A stretch of DNA of 64,000 nucleotides from Candidatus Lindowbacteria bacterium RIFCSPLOWO2_12_FULL_62_27 (GCA_001784175.1 MFPR01000019.1:1-64000); one strand, 5' to 3'. Positions 41,901 through 49,998 are shown, numbered from the stretch's first letter. Made by a program: numbers and translations. The notes: generated from the sequence alone by a model not told the origin.

Positions 41901-42200
41901 CCGTATATGTTTGATGAAGACGTAGCTGTCCGCCGGCTGGATATCGGCGGTCTCAAGATTCGTCGCCACGTCCACCGCCGACAAGAGCGCCACCGTCTCG
42001 TAGGCGGTGTCCGTATAGACGGTCCGGCTGTCTCCAAACAACTGGCCGGTGGATCTCAGGAGCCATGTGTACTGGAATGAGGCCACGTTGGTCAGAAGCG
42101 TGTTCGCCGGCGTGTGCGTTTCGCCGTGGATCGCGGCCGCATGGGGCAGACCGGCGCCGAGACTCATGAGAACAAGAATGAGTGCGATCGTCCGTTTCAT
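38910..42200 (-). CDS. Secreted multi-domain protein: N-terminal T.A.T...N strand, Fn3 repeats, a repeat-B-like domain, and a C-terminal FlgD-Ig/T9SS-CTD-like domain (putative pilus anchor)
   Basis: Signal peptide from MKRTIALIL (42200); TPANTLLTNVASFQY; DADGD motif; C-terminal ~480 aa resemble the giant-1 C-terminus, both ending VDKLAIVR. Confidence 0.85.
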   Translation of the reverse strand: MKRTIALILVLMSLGAGLPHAAAIHGETHTPANTLLTNVASFQYTWLLRSTGQLFGDSRTVYTDTAYETVALLSAVDVATNLETADIQPADSYVFIKHIRNLGNGYDTYQVRGESTANFVRGMYLDADGDSVYDASDPPVSTVVLRELAETVVLVLVQAPAAAADGSADTLLLSATSTAVSLPSAETVTLALTVADTGLGIALVAPASGHETSQATVRFAWSSQEAETYTWQLSKNASFTSLVDSIVDTKSTSILRDVPHEDTFYWRVIGRDTNTYETTSGRILILDTSVRQVSALLPADGHETSQFRPVVSWLAPADSVGIDSFVVEVSTSSAFTGLVFADTVGGSRTADTVSGLYNDTYSWRIRAIDRLGNTGAPSAVRVLRIDTNVSFGAVRLIQPNGPAAASYRARAMDSIVVEVNDTDPNANAGAIETTAVTITNVTLGTEIETVVLSEQSANSSTFQGTVAVSISASNIGNDGKLYVRPGDSIKVTYIDIPRYIAVTASATMTGGGLAGDSVAVFSGNHPVVAAGQLAPFSIAVYDAAGDTVSNETVTFAIDYNGSGAAGGASVTAGTTTITPADGILACTLTLGAGNGVYIVKASASTGGGNGTLVAYTDRRDVPANKWTLIAPFKHPDTRLAGLSQLSYSGTATSYWYDPAIASANGTFDRYKSVAGQSAPNNSANGEFDSYAAGRGYWFKSTVATGVGLADSPIPNPDTFLLPLATGANMIGNPFTHFIDWLDDVAVDTDPSGTAPVVLLRGLNSASVIDTRLQWRDQSAEQYINPMGSGDTAAQLKPWVGMWVKVNQACTLVFYPNPRLPQTANSKRQAALYKNMERDMTNWRLRLMAYGSKSEIRDEFSFIGVAPAAADGEDVNDLWKAPGLYGDLQVFVGDASGMQQDPAAPGGAPTAHYYGASIAAPVKTATFWPLSVRGPAGAVTLKWDAGALPPEYRAFLVGGPDGAVDMTQTSSAVLQITDDRSPVTLMVAVGYADYLSALLAPNFSKDRTFVFPNPGPDAAGNMIFKYNLQSAGEVTLKIYDVGGRLVKELKEAGAPGTNSTLKWDTTDRHGQRVGSGVYIYILEIGGAKFVDKLAIVR

Positions 42201-42528
42201 GATCGGTCTTCGGGCGCAGTCTCTCCCCGCCGGGTTGCGAGACTCGCAATCCGTCATCGAAACTACACGCGTCATGATGAACTTGCCCTCCGCCCTGTGC
42301 TCCACGGGTGGAGGATGGTCCCGTACACGAACATCCATAATAAGTGCGCTCGCTCTACTCCAGAGCGTTCGTCGCCTCCTATCTTCGGTTCCCTCGGCGC
42401 GCGCCTGCGTCCTCATGGATGGGCGCGCCTGAAGGTCTTCCGCTCGGGCGGTGATTTCCGCCCATCAGAAACTCGTTCCCGCTACACGCTCCTTCCTCGC
42501 AGTTCCGCCGCGGCGCTTCGTCTTCCGC

Positions 42529-43743
42529 TTACTGAATGACCACCCGGTACGCCACGCGCCCGTTGTCGTAGACGCCGTCCGCGAAATTGACCATCCCCTT
42601 CGCGTCGCCGTTGTTCTCGCCCAAGTTCGTCTCCAGCGACCACCGGATCGCGCGCACCTGCTGGTTCACGCCCGTCGTCGGCGCCGTGTCCGACTGGTGA
42701 CCCTCCGTGTCCTTGAAGTCCAGCTCGGTCCCCGGCGCGTCCGTGTCGAACGTCACCGTGATGTCCGAATCCCCGTACGCCGTCGCCGTCTGGTTCGAGT
42801 TCCCCAGGTAAATCCCGCTGTCCGCCGAATTGCGCACATACCGCGTGTTGGTCGGAATCGCGTCCATCAGCTCGCAACCGCGCGCCGTGTCGCCGCCGTC
42901 GTTGTCGAACGTGATGTTGATGATGAGCGTGTCGCCCGGCCGGGACCGGCCCGACGTCTCCTCGGACATCGTCTTGTCCACAAACACGTTCGGCGCCAAG
43001 ACCGTCGTCACCGTCGTGTCGTACTGCGTGTCCCGCTCATTCGACACCGCTCCCACCGGAACGCTGTCCTGCCACCCGTCGCCCGACGTGCCGCCGTTGC
43101 CGACCGGCGCGCGGTTCGTGACCAGAATGAACGCCGCCGTCGTTTCGTTGTCGTTGGCGTCCGTCGGAATCAGCACCACCAAAACCACCGTGTCAGACGC
43201 CCCGGCCGCCAACTGGATGAAGTTGCTCGCGCCCTGGTAGGCGCCGATAATCGTGTCGCCGTTGTCCCAGCCGCCGTCGTTGTCCGAATCCGTGTACACC
43301 TTGTAACTGCCCGTGATGTTCCAGTTTGTGCTCCCGGCGCTCGGCCCCGAATCCCCCTGGCTCGACGGATGTCCCGCCGAGTCGAAATAGATCCGCATCG
43401 TCGCGTTCCCTTCGTTCTTCACGTAGTACGGGTAGCTCGCCGTATCTCCAGCGGCCCACCGCGTGTCCGCGGGCGTCCCGATATTCGCGAGGTCGTATCC
43501 CGTGTCCACCGAAATCTGCGCCACGCTCGTGGGTCCCCGGAAGGCCGAATCGCTGCTGCCGGACGACCTCATGTACGAGACCGACACCTCGCCGCGCGCC
43601 TGCGGCTCCGTGTCGCCTGTCACAAACACGCCGTTCGTGATGCTGTCCGTACTCGCCGTCCCGGCTGCCATGGCGGTCCCCGCCATGAGACCGATCAGCG
43701 CCAGTGCCATCGTTAAAACCAAACCTTTCTTCAATCCGTTCAT
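42529..43743 (-). CDS. DUF11-domain secreted protein, 404 aa (putative major shaft pilin)
   Basis: AAAGGAGG RBS before MNGLKK; signal peptide ending AMA-AGT; DSDNDG Ca-binding-like loop; VDKT..RPGDTL.INITFDNDG..A....MDAIP.NTRYV. Confidence 0.85.
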   Translation of the reverse strand: MNGLKKGLVLTMALALIGLMAGTAMAAGTASTDSITNGVFVTGDTEPQARGEVSVSYMRSSGSSDSAFRGPTSVAQISVDTGYDLANIGTPADTRWAAGDTASYPYYVKNEGNATMRIYFDSAGHPSSQGDSGPSAGSTNWNITGSYKVYTDSDNDGGWDNGDTIIGAYQGASNFIQLAAGASDTVVLVVLIPTDANDNETTAAFILVTNRAPVGNGGTSGDGWQDSVPVGAVSNERDTQYDTTVTTVLAPNVFVDKTMSEETSGRSRPGDTLIINITFDNDGGDTARGCELMDAIPTNTRYVRNSADSGIYLGNSNQTATAYGDSDITVTFDTDAPGTELDFKDTEGHQSDTAPTTGVNQQVRAIRWSLETNLGENNGDAKGMVNFADGVYDNGRVAYRVVIQ

Positions 43744-43813
43744 CTCAGTGCCTCCTTTGGCTTTGTTCCCGTCCAACTTCCCTTCATCTATGCTCATGTC
43801 CTCGTGTCACCCA

Positions 43814-45028
43814 TCACTCAATGACGACGCGGTAGGCCACGCGCCCGTTGTCGTAGTCGCCGTTGTTGAAATTCACGGTCCCCTTCGCGTCCCCGTTGTT
43901 CTCTCCCAGCGGCGTCTCCAGCGACCACCGGATCGCGCGCACGGTCTGGTTCGGGCCCGTCGTCGGCGCCGTGTCCGACTGATGGCCCTCCGTGTCCTTG
44001 AAGTCCATCTCCGCGCCCGGCGCGTCCGTGTCGAACGTCACCGTGATGTCCGAATCCCCGTACGACGTGGCCGTCTGGTTCGAATTGCCCAGATAGATCC
44101 CGCTGTCCGCGGAGTTGCGGACGTACCGGGTGTTGTTCGGGATCGCGTCCATGATCTCGACCCCGCGCGCCGTGTCGCCGCCGTCGTTGTCGAACGTGAT
44201 GTTGATGACCAGCGTGTCGCCCGGCCGGGACCGGCCCGGTGTCTCCTCGGACATCGTCTTGTCCAAAAACACGTTCGGGCCGACCACCGTCGTCACCGTC
44301 GTGTCGTACTGCGTGTCCCGCTCCGTGCCCGTGTACGGCACGCTGTCCTGCCAGCCGTCGCCGGTCGTCGAGCCGTTCCCGACCGGCGCGCGGTTCGTCA
44401 CCAAAAGAAACGCCGTCGTCGTCTCTCCGTCGTTCGCGTCGCCCGGGATCGCCACCACGAGAACCATGGTGTCCGACGCATCCGGCGCAAGCTGGATGTA
44501 GTTGGCGGCGCCCTGGTAGGGCCCGATGATCGTGTCGCCGTTGTCCCAGCTCCCGTCGTTGTCCGAATCGGTGTACACCTTGTAACTGCCCGGGATGCTC
44601 CAGTTCGCGCTTCCCGCCGCCGGGCCCGAATCGCCCTGGCTCGCCGGATGCCCCGCCGAGTCGAAATAGATGCGGAGGGTCGCGTTGCCGGTATTCTTGA
44701 TCCAGTAGCCGTAACTGACCGTGTCGCCGATCGCCGCGCGCGAGTCCGGCGGCGTGCCGATCAGCGCCATGTCGTAGCCCGTGTCGACCGTGACGCTCAC
44801 GCCCGCGGAGGTGAAACCGGAGTAGATGGAATCCGGAACGCTGGCTGAAATCTGGTAGGCCACGGACAGCCGGCCCGCGGCCTGCGGAACGGTATCGCCC
44901 GGCGTGAATACCCCGTTCGTAATGGTGGTCTGGCTCGACGTGCCGGCGCCCCGGGCCGGGATGGCGAGCGCTGCCCACACGAGAAGCGCCGCCATCCACC
45001 TCACTGCGGAAGCAGGCCGGATCGTCAT
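43814..45028 (-). CDS. DUF11-domain secreted protein, 404 aa, tandem paralog of 42529-43743
   Basis: Start MTIRPAS at 45028, coupled to the upstream stop; signal ARG-AGT; highly similar mature sequence. Confidence 0.85.
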   Translation of the reverse strand: MTIRPASAVRWMAALLVWAALAIPARGAGTSSQTTITNGVFTPGDTVPQAAGRLSVAYQISASVPDSIYSGFTSAGVSVTVDTGYDMALIGTPPDSRAAIGDTVSYGYWIKNTGNATLRIYFDSAGHPASQGDSGPAAGSANWSIPGSYKVYTDSDNDGSWDNGDTIIGPYQGAANYIQLAPDASDTMVLVVAIPGDANDGETTTAFLLVTNRAPVGNGSTTGDGWQDSVPYTGTERDTQYDTTVTTVVGPNVFLDKTMSEETPGRSRPGDTLVINITFDNDGGDTARGVEIMDAIPNNTRYVRNSADSGIYLGNSNQTATSYGDSDITVTFDTDAPGAEMDFKDTEGHQSDTAPTTGPNQTVRAIRWSLETPLGENNGDAKGTVNFNNGDYDNGRVAYRVVIE

Positions 45029-46161
45029 TATTTGACTATAATCTTCAAGGTTAAGGTGTCCGAAGGTGTCGCCGTACTCGGATCCATGCGGTTGTTCCGC
45101 GTGAATCGGACCATCGTGGCCGAGTCGGCCATCGGCGTCTGCCAGACGTCCTCGCCTCCGCCGCCCGTGACGCGATACTCGATGCTCCACCCGCTCTGCG
45201 CGCTCGCCGCCGTGGACGAATCCGCGAAGACGGTATTGGCCGGAAGATAATCGTAGACGACAACGCCCTTGGCGGGCGCATAGCCGTTGTTCCGCACGGT
45301 GATGCTGTAGACCACCGTGTCGCCGGGCCGGGGCCGGCCGGTCGGCGCGCTGGAATCGGCCGACACCGCCTTGACCACATCCACATTCGGCGCCGACCAC
45401 AACGCCGACGAGTCGCTCAAATTCCCGTGGGTGTCCGACGCCACCACATAATAGAATTGACTATCCCCCTGGGATGCAGTTGTGTCGAGACAACCCCGCG
45501 TGTCCACAAGGAGGCTTGCGTTGATGCGCGAGGACAAACGGCTGTCGGTTGTCGCCGACCGGAACACGTGGTAGCCGGACGAGTCCGGCGCGGCCGACGT
45601 GTTCCAAGTCACATAAACGCCGGTCTCCGCCCCGCTCAGATTGGCCACGGCCTGTACTCCGGTCACGAGCGCGGGTTTCTCGTTGTCGATCCCGATATTC
45701 TGCGTCGTGTCCGCCGGCCCGGTTCCCGACGCGTCGGCCACCGCAATCCGCAGTTGAACTCTTGATGTGATCGTATCCGGCAGGTCGGTCTTCGACAACC
45801 ACACAACAGTTTTCGTGTCCCCCAGGGTGGGACAATAAAGGTTTGATATAACCGATGTTCCGCTCAACGTCGCCGTCAGCCAGGTGCTTCCGCTGTCCTT
45901 GCTGAACTCCACCGTCGCGGTGCAAAAGTCGCTGTCTGCGTCTATCGCCAGAAACTGTACAGTGACTGCCGCGGAATAGGTCTCCCCATCAACTGGATTG
46001 AGAATCGTGTCGTAGGGTTGAACGGCGAGTGCGGAGGGACACGGAAGAAACAGTGATGCGACAGCGCCCGTGACGGCCCCAATCCCCGCGCGGAGGAAGT
46101 ATCGGAACAGACCGTTCAAGAAAACATGGCGCCGAGTGGTATCTATTTGGTACTCAGACAT
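45028..46161 (-). CDS. Secreted Ig/Fn3 + C-terminal DUF11 protein (putative tip subunit)
   Basis: Signal-like N-terminus; Ig and Fn3 motifs; VVKAV..RPGDTVVYSITVRNNG..A..V.VYDYLPANT.F. Confidence 0.8.
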   Translation of the reverse strand: MSEYQIDTTRRHVFLNGLFRYFLRAGIGAVTGAVASLFLPCPSALAVQPYDTILNPVDGETYSAAVTVQFLAIDADSDFCTATVEFSKDSGSTWLTATLSGTSVISNLYCPTLGDTKTVVWLSKTDLPDTITSRVQLRIAVADASGTGPADTTQNIGIDNEKPALVTGVQAVANLSGAETGVYVTWNTSAAPDSSGYHVFRSATTDSRLSSRINASLLVDTRGCLDTTASQGDSQFYYVVASDTHGNLSDSSALWSAPNVDVVKAVSADSSAPTGRPRPGDTVVYSITVRNNGYAPAKGVVVYDYLPANTVFADSSTAASAQSGWSIEYRVTGGGGEDVWQTPMADSATMVRFTRNNRMDPSTATPSDTLTLKIIVK

Positions 46162-46392
46162 AAGCTCGCTAATGCCTTCACCACAACATTGACGGAAGGA
46201 TAAGAATACTTATTGTAATATATACATACAAGGGAAAGCTGGATTTGTTATGTCATAGTGACCCAAATCGGTTGACGGCCCGGGGGGCGGATACTGTGAG
46301 TAACGGGATGGATTGGAGCGGTTGACTACGCTTTGGCTGTCACCGCAAGTCCTGATCTTGCTAAAATTGACTGGAGTTTTCTATATCACGTC

Positions 46393-47124
46393 CTACCCCT
46401 CGAAATGTTTCCCCAATTCCTCCCGCCCGGCCTTGGTGACGGCCCGGACAAGTTTCGGAACGGCCGTCTCCATCCACCGCCGGTGCGCGCGGGTGAGTCG
46501 GACTTTCCCCGCCGGTCCCTCTTCGGTTTCGAGACAGCGATTGATGTAAACCAGGAGGGCGTTGGCCTCCATGCTGGCGATGAGCCGGGCGAGCGCCTTG
46601 TCGAATTCGTCTGGGAATTGTTCGTGGAGCACGCATAGGTCGTACAGATCGGTGGGTTCAATGCGATCAACGACGCACTGGAGTTTCTCCGATACCATTT
46701 CCAGAGGGGAAGGACGTTGTATCCGTGCGACGCCATACAGTTCGTCCATCATGGCCTGTCGGGCAATTTTTTGCAGTCGGGTTTTCGAGGCATTGACGAA
46801 TTTCCGGCAAGCCTCGCGGGAAACGGTCGCCGGCAACAGCGCCGGCAGGCGTGTCGAAATGGTTTTGGCGCGGTCCGCGGCCGACATGCGGCCGGGGCGT
46901 TCTCTCCAGAGAATGGCGCCGGCAAGACGCCGGTCGAGCGGCGGCCGGCCGGGCCGGTACTGTTTCCTGATTTCCACGAATTGCGCAACGGACTCCCGAG
47001 GAATGAGCCATGTCCGCCCTTTGAGCGCGGCGCCCTGAATTCTCCCTTGCCTGCAATATTTGGCGACGAGTTCCTCTGAAACGCCAATGACCTTGGCGGC
47101 GTCCGGGCCGGTCAGGATATCCAT
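46393..47124 (-). CDS. Excisionase-type HTH fused to an AbiE antitoxin-like region and an AbiEii C-terminal helical domain (NTase domain absent)
   Basis: AA..IGVS...V..YCRQGRI....G..WLIP; C-terminal part similar to the C-terminus of 37604-38269 (EK..C..RIEPTD..DLCVLHE). Confidence 0.75.
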   Translation of the reverse strand: MDILTGPDAAKVIGVSEELVAKYCRQGRIQGAALKGRTWLIPRESVAQFVEIRKQYRPGRPPLDRRLAGAILWRERPGRMSAADRAKTISTRLPALLPATVSREACRKFVNASKTRLQKIARQAMMDELYGVARIQRPSPLEMVSEKLQCVVDRIEPTDLYDLCVLHEQFPDEFDKALARLIASMEANALLVYINRCLETEEGPAGKVRLTRAHRRWMETAVPKLVRAVTKAGREELGKHFEG

Positions 47125-47131
47125 GTTCTAT

Positions 47132-47159
47132 ATTATACGTTTTTCCGAATAGTTTTCAA
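47132..47159 (-). promoter_or_regulatory. Sigma70-like promoter, probably leaderless
   Basis: TTGAAA-16-TATAAT, 7 nt before ATG 47124; no RBS. Confidence 0.65.
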
Positions 47160-47173
47160 GTAAAAAGCGCGTG

Positions 47174-47617
47174 CTATACGTACCAGTCTTCGGTCCGAAG
47201 ACCCGGAAACAGGTTGAAGTGTTTGGTGTTGTGGGTGACCAGGGTGGCGTGGTGGACGAGGGCCGTGGCTGCGATGAAAGTGTCGACGTCGCCGACGGGA
47301 AGTCCCCGGCCGGCGTCAGAGACGCCGGCACTTGGGGCGCCGGAGGCGCTGACCCGGCCGGCGAGGCCGGCTTTGAGTTCTCCGAACCGGCGGCAGACTT
47401 CGCGGTCGATCGGAAGGAGGATGATATTCTCCGCGAGTTCCTCGACCCGCGTCAGGTTGGCCTGCTTCTTCTGGGATCGGCAGGCGCCGTAATAGAGTTC
47501 ACCCAGCGTGGGAGATGCAACCGCCAGATGCTGGAGGCCGGCCTCGCCGGCCTTTTGGACGACGGGCTTGACGCCGTTGAGAAAGTAGATGACCGTGTCG
47601 GTGTCGAGGACGATCAT
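47174..47617 (-). CDS. vapC: PIN/VapC toxin with a 16-aa in-frame insertion
   Basis: VLDTD, EL..G, D..IAATAL, LVT.N.KHF. Confidence 0.88.
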   Translation of the reverse strand: MIVLDTDTVIYFLNGVKPVVQKAGEAGLQHLAVASPTLGELYYGACRSQKKQANLTRVEELAENIILLPIDREVCRRFGELKAGLAGRVSASGAPSAGVSDAGRGLPVGDVDTFIAATALVHHATLVTHNTKHFNLFPGLRTEDWYV

Positions 47618-47868
47618 GCAAGTTCCGCTCTCCCTTCACCGGAGGTTCGTCTCGCATACACGTCCTCGACGATCTCTTCCGGCGACCGCTCATCCATCCA
47701 TGACCCGGCCAGGGCCTTAAGCCGGCCCGCCCGGTCCGACCGTGGCCCCTGCCGGAGCGCTTCGGACAAGAGTTCCGACACAACCTCCGACCGGCTCCGT
47801 TTCTCCCGCCGGGCCCGCCGGTCGACCCGCCTAATCAGCGACTCATCGAGATAAATCGATACCTGCAT
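47614..47868 (-). CDS. CopG/RHH antitoxin
   Basis: SIYLD..L...D..A......RSEVV; ATGA overlap with the PIN gene. Confidence 0.85.
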   Translation of the reverse strand: MQVSIYLDESLIRRVDRRARREKRSRSEVVSELLSEALRQGPRSDRAGRLKALAGSWMDERSPEEIVEDVYARRTSGEGRAELA

Positions 47869-47907
47869 CGCGCCTCTCCCTCACGTGGTATGGATATAAC
47901 ATATTAT

Positions 47908-47935
47908 ATTATGTGTATTTTATTCGAAAAGTCAA
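47908..47935 (-). promoter_or_regulatory. Sigma70-like promoter of the RHH-PIN operon
   Basis: TTGACT-16-CATAAT in an AT-rich spacer. Confidence 0.5.
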
Positions 47936-47961
47936 GGACCGGGTGGACCCTTCCGTGACGG

Positions 47962-48423
47962 TCAGGGGGCGGGAGATACGATGGAGAGATCCTTGAAATA
48001 GGCGCGATAGAATCCGAGGTCGCGGGTGAGGAATTGGTCGGCGCAGGTTTGGGCGTGGGACGCGACCAGAAAATCGGGGAGGATGCGGGTTCGCGATCCG
48101 CCGCCGGCCATGGACGGCCCAGTGCCGGTCCTGACACGGATGTCAGAGGACCGGCCGCCGGCGCGGTACTGTTTCCACATGAGCCCCGCGAGGAGGCACG
48201 CATGGCCGGGTGTGGATGCAAGCGAGATTCCGGTGTCGGACATGAATTTCTGAGTCGTCGCCTCCTCTCCGATTTGCGCCGCAAGCTCCGCAAGAACGAC
48301 TTCGCACACCACCAGTTGCCCCTGTTGGAGCGCCGCATAGAGCGCGGCGCTGGACGCGGCGCGCCATTGGGGATCGGGGAGAAGGACGTCGAGCAGGATG
48401 TTGGTGTCGACGGCGGTGATCAT
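47962..48423 (-). CDS. vapC: PIN/VapC toxin with an 18-aa in-frame insertion
   Basis: VDTNILLD, V.AEL, DFLV..HA, LTRD..FY; start MITAVD at 48423. Confidence 0.88.
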   Translation of the reverse strand: MITAVDTNILLDVLLPDPQWRAASSAALYAALQQGQLVVCEVVLAELAAQIGEEATTQKFMSDTGISLASTPGHACLLAGLMWKQYRAGGRSSDIRVRTGTGPSMAGGGSRTRILPDFLVASHAQTCADQFLTRDLGFYRAYFKDLSIVSPAP

Positions 48424-48638
48424 GAAGGATGCCCGCGCATCTTTTTGACCAGCCGGTCGCTCGACTGGGGCCGCTTGAGGGCGCCGGCCCAGCCCTCGAA
48501 GGGGTTTGGGCCGATCTTCTTGGTAATGACGATCCTGCCGCCGTCGATCGCAAACTCGACTTCGGAATTCTCCTCGATCCCCGTCTTTCGCCGGATCTCC
48601 CTGGGAATCGTCACCTGCCCGCGCCGCGTGACTTTCAT
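48420..48638 (-). CDS. AbrB/MazE/SpoVT-family antitoxin
   Basis: MKVT.RGQVTIP..IR...GI.....VEF; AGGAG RBS 8 nt upstream. Confidence 0.9.
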   Translation of the reverse strand: MKVTRRGQVTIPREIRRKTGIEENSEVEFAIDGGRIVITKKIGPNPFEGWAGALKRPQSSDRLVKKMRGHPS

Positions 48639-48688
48639 GCTCACAGCTCCTTTTGTCAGCCCCAGGTAAAGCGCGACGAAAACATCTG

Positions 48689-48789
48689 CCACGAACGAAC
48701 ACGAACTTGGAACACGAACGAACACGAACATTTTCACATGGGATTAATGTTCTTTCGTGTCCGTTCGTGATCGTTCGTGACGTTCGTGG
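48689..48789. repeat. Imperfect hairpin with ~9-bp periodic arms (CACGAAC / GTTCGTG)
   Basis: ccacgaacgaacacgaac...gttcgtgacgttcgtgg. Confidence 0.85.
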
Positions 48790-49618
48790 TCATGGGGTTG
48801 CGATGTTTCCCCTTCTATCTACCAATATCCTATTTCCTATTCCTACTTCTTGTAATATTATTCCGCATCTGGGCGATCCGGTCAAGCCTACTACCAGTAA
48901 ATATATATACTAAAAGCTCTAAAATATGATGAACCCGGATTTCCCGTTTTGAAACTACGCGCGGATCGCGTCGTAACTTCCATGTTAGTCAATAAGCTAT
49001 AATCGTTTCTCTGCATATCATGGGAAGCCACGCTTCTCCTTCTTGCAAAATGGCCCATCCATAAATGACCCATCCGCTGTGTGGTTAACTTTCTACAAAT
49101 TAATAGCTTATAAATAACCTCTTCGCGGCGGAGTCTCTGGGTCGGATTTTGCACTGCTGTATGTATATGTATATTCCTATGGTAATTCGACCCATCTGTT
49201 TCAAGGCTTCTTCGGGGTTCTATCCCGGCCATCCGGTCCCGGATGCCCGGGGCCGGACCGTTGTCACCAGTTACCGATTCCCGATCACCGACTTCCAGAA
49301 ATCCTGATCATGATATCAAGGGCGCTCACACTTGTTGTCTATCCCGTATATATATTTCCAAAAGCAGTTCAAATCCCCTCGATCCCGCCGGTCAGCCGCT
49401 AATCCCATGTCCCTCCGCCGAATCCCCCCAGGTATCCTCACGGCGGTCTTATATACATACAAGTTATTGCGACGCGGTTGGGGTAACTTAACAACTTGCG
49501 GTCTGGCCCAGAAAGTCCATAACTCAATACCCGGCACCATCGCCGCTCTGGGGAAGAGGATCGCGGATTCGATTGTGATTTTTGAGGCGCCCGCGGTCCG
49601 TTGTGGGGCTGGGAACGG

Positions 49619-49915
49619 TTATCTAAATTTGAGGAACAGGCCAAGCACGACGGCGGCCTGGCCGAGCCAGAAGAGGAACATCCATTTAATGATTTCGGCG
49701 CGGAGTTTGCCGAGTTCGTCATGCATTTCAACGCGGAGTTTGCCGAGTTCTTCCGCGAGGCGGCGTTCGAATCGTTCGGCGGCGAGTTCAATCACGTCCC
49801 TTTTGTTCTCATTGAGCGCGCCATTGACGACGCCATTGACGAATTCCACCAGCCGGTCGGCGCCGTCCTCGCCCAATTTCTCGCGCAGCGCTTTAGGCAC
49901 CGTCACCACCGGCAT
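49619..49915 (-). CDS. Small coiled-coil protein with a C-terminal TM (DUF1640/CCDC90-like)
   Basis: P..LREKLGEDGA..LV, FERRL.EE, IIKWMFLFWLGQ; GGAGG RBS; promoter TTGACT-18-TATACT at 49946-49975. Confidence 0.75.
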   Translation of the reverse strand: MPVVTVPKALREKLGEDGADRLVEFVNGVVNGALNENKRDVIELAAERFERRLAEELGKLRVEMHDELGKLRAEIIKWMFLFWLGQAAVVLGLFLKFR

Positions 49916-49998
49916 GGCAAACCTCCTTCAGCTTTCATCCTTGTCAGTATACCTGCGCCTGCAGAGGGAAGTCAAATGAGCCGGGTATTTCGGATTTT

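Noticed and set aside
42385-42465. GC-rich hairpins between the shaft and anchor genes
   Set aside because: Possible attenuator or stability element, but the stems are short or imperfect in high-GC DNA and there is no clear U-tract
48891-49232. 113-aa minus-strand ORF in the AT-rich region
   Set aside because: No RBS, motif or codon pattern supporting a gene
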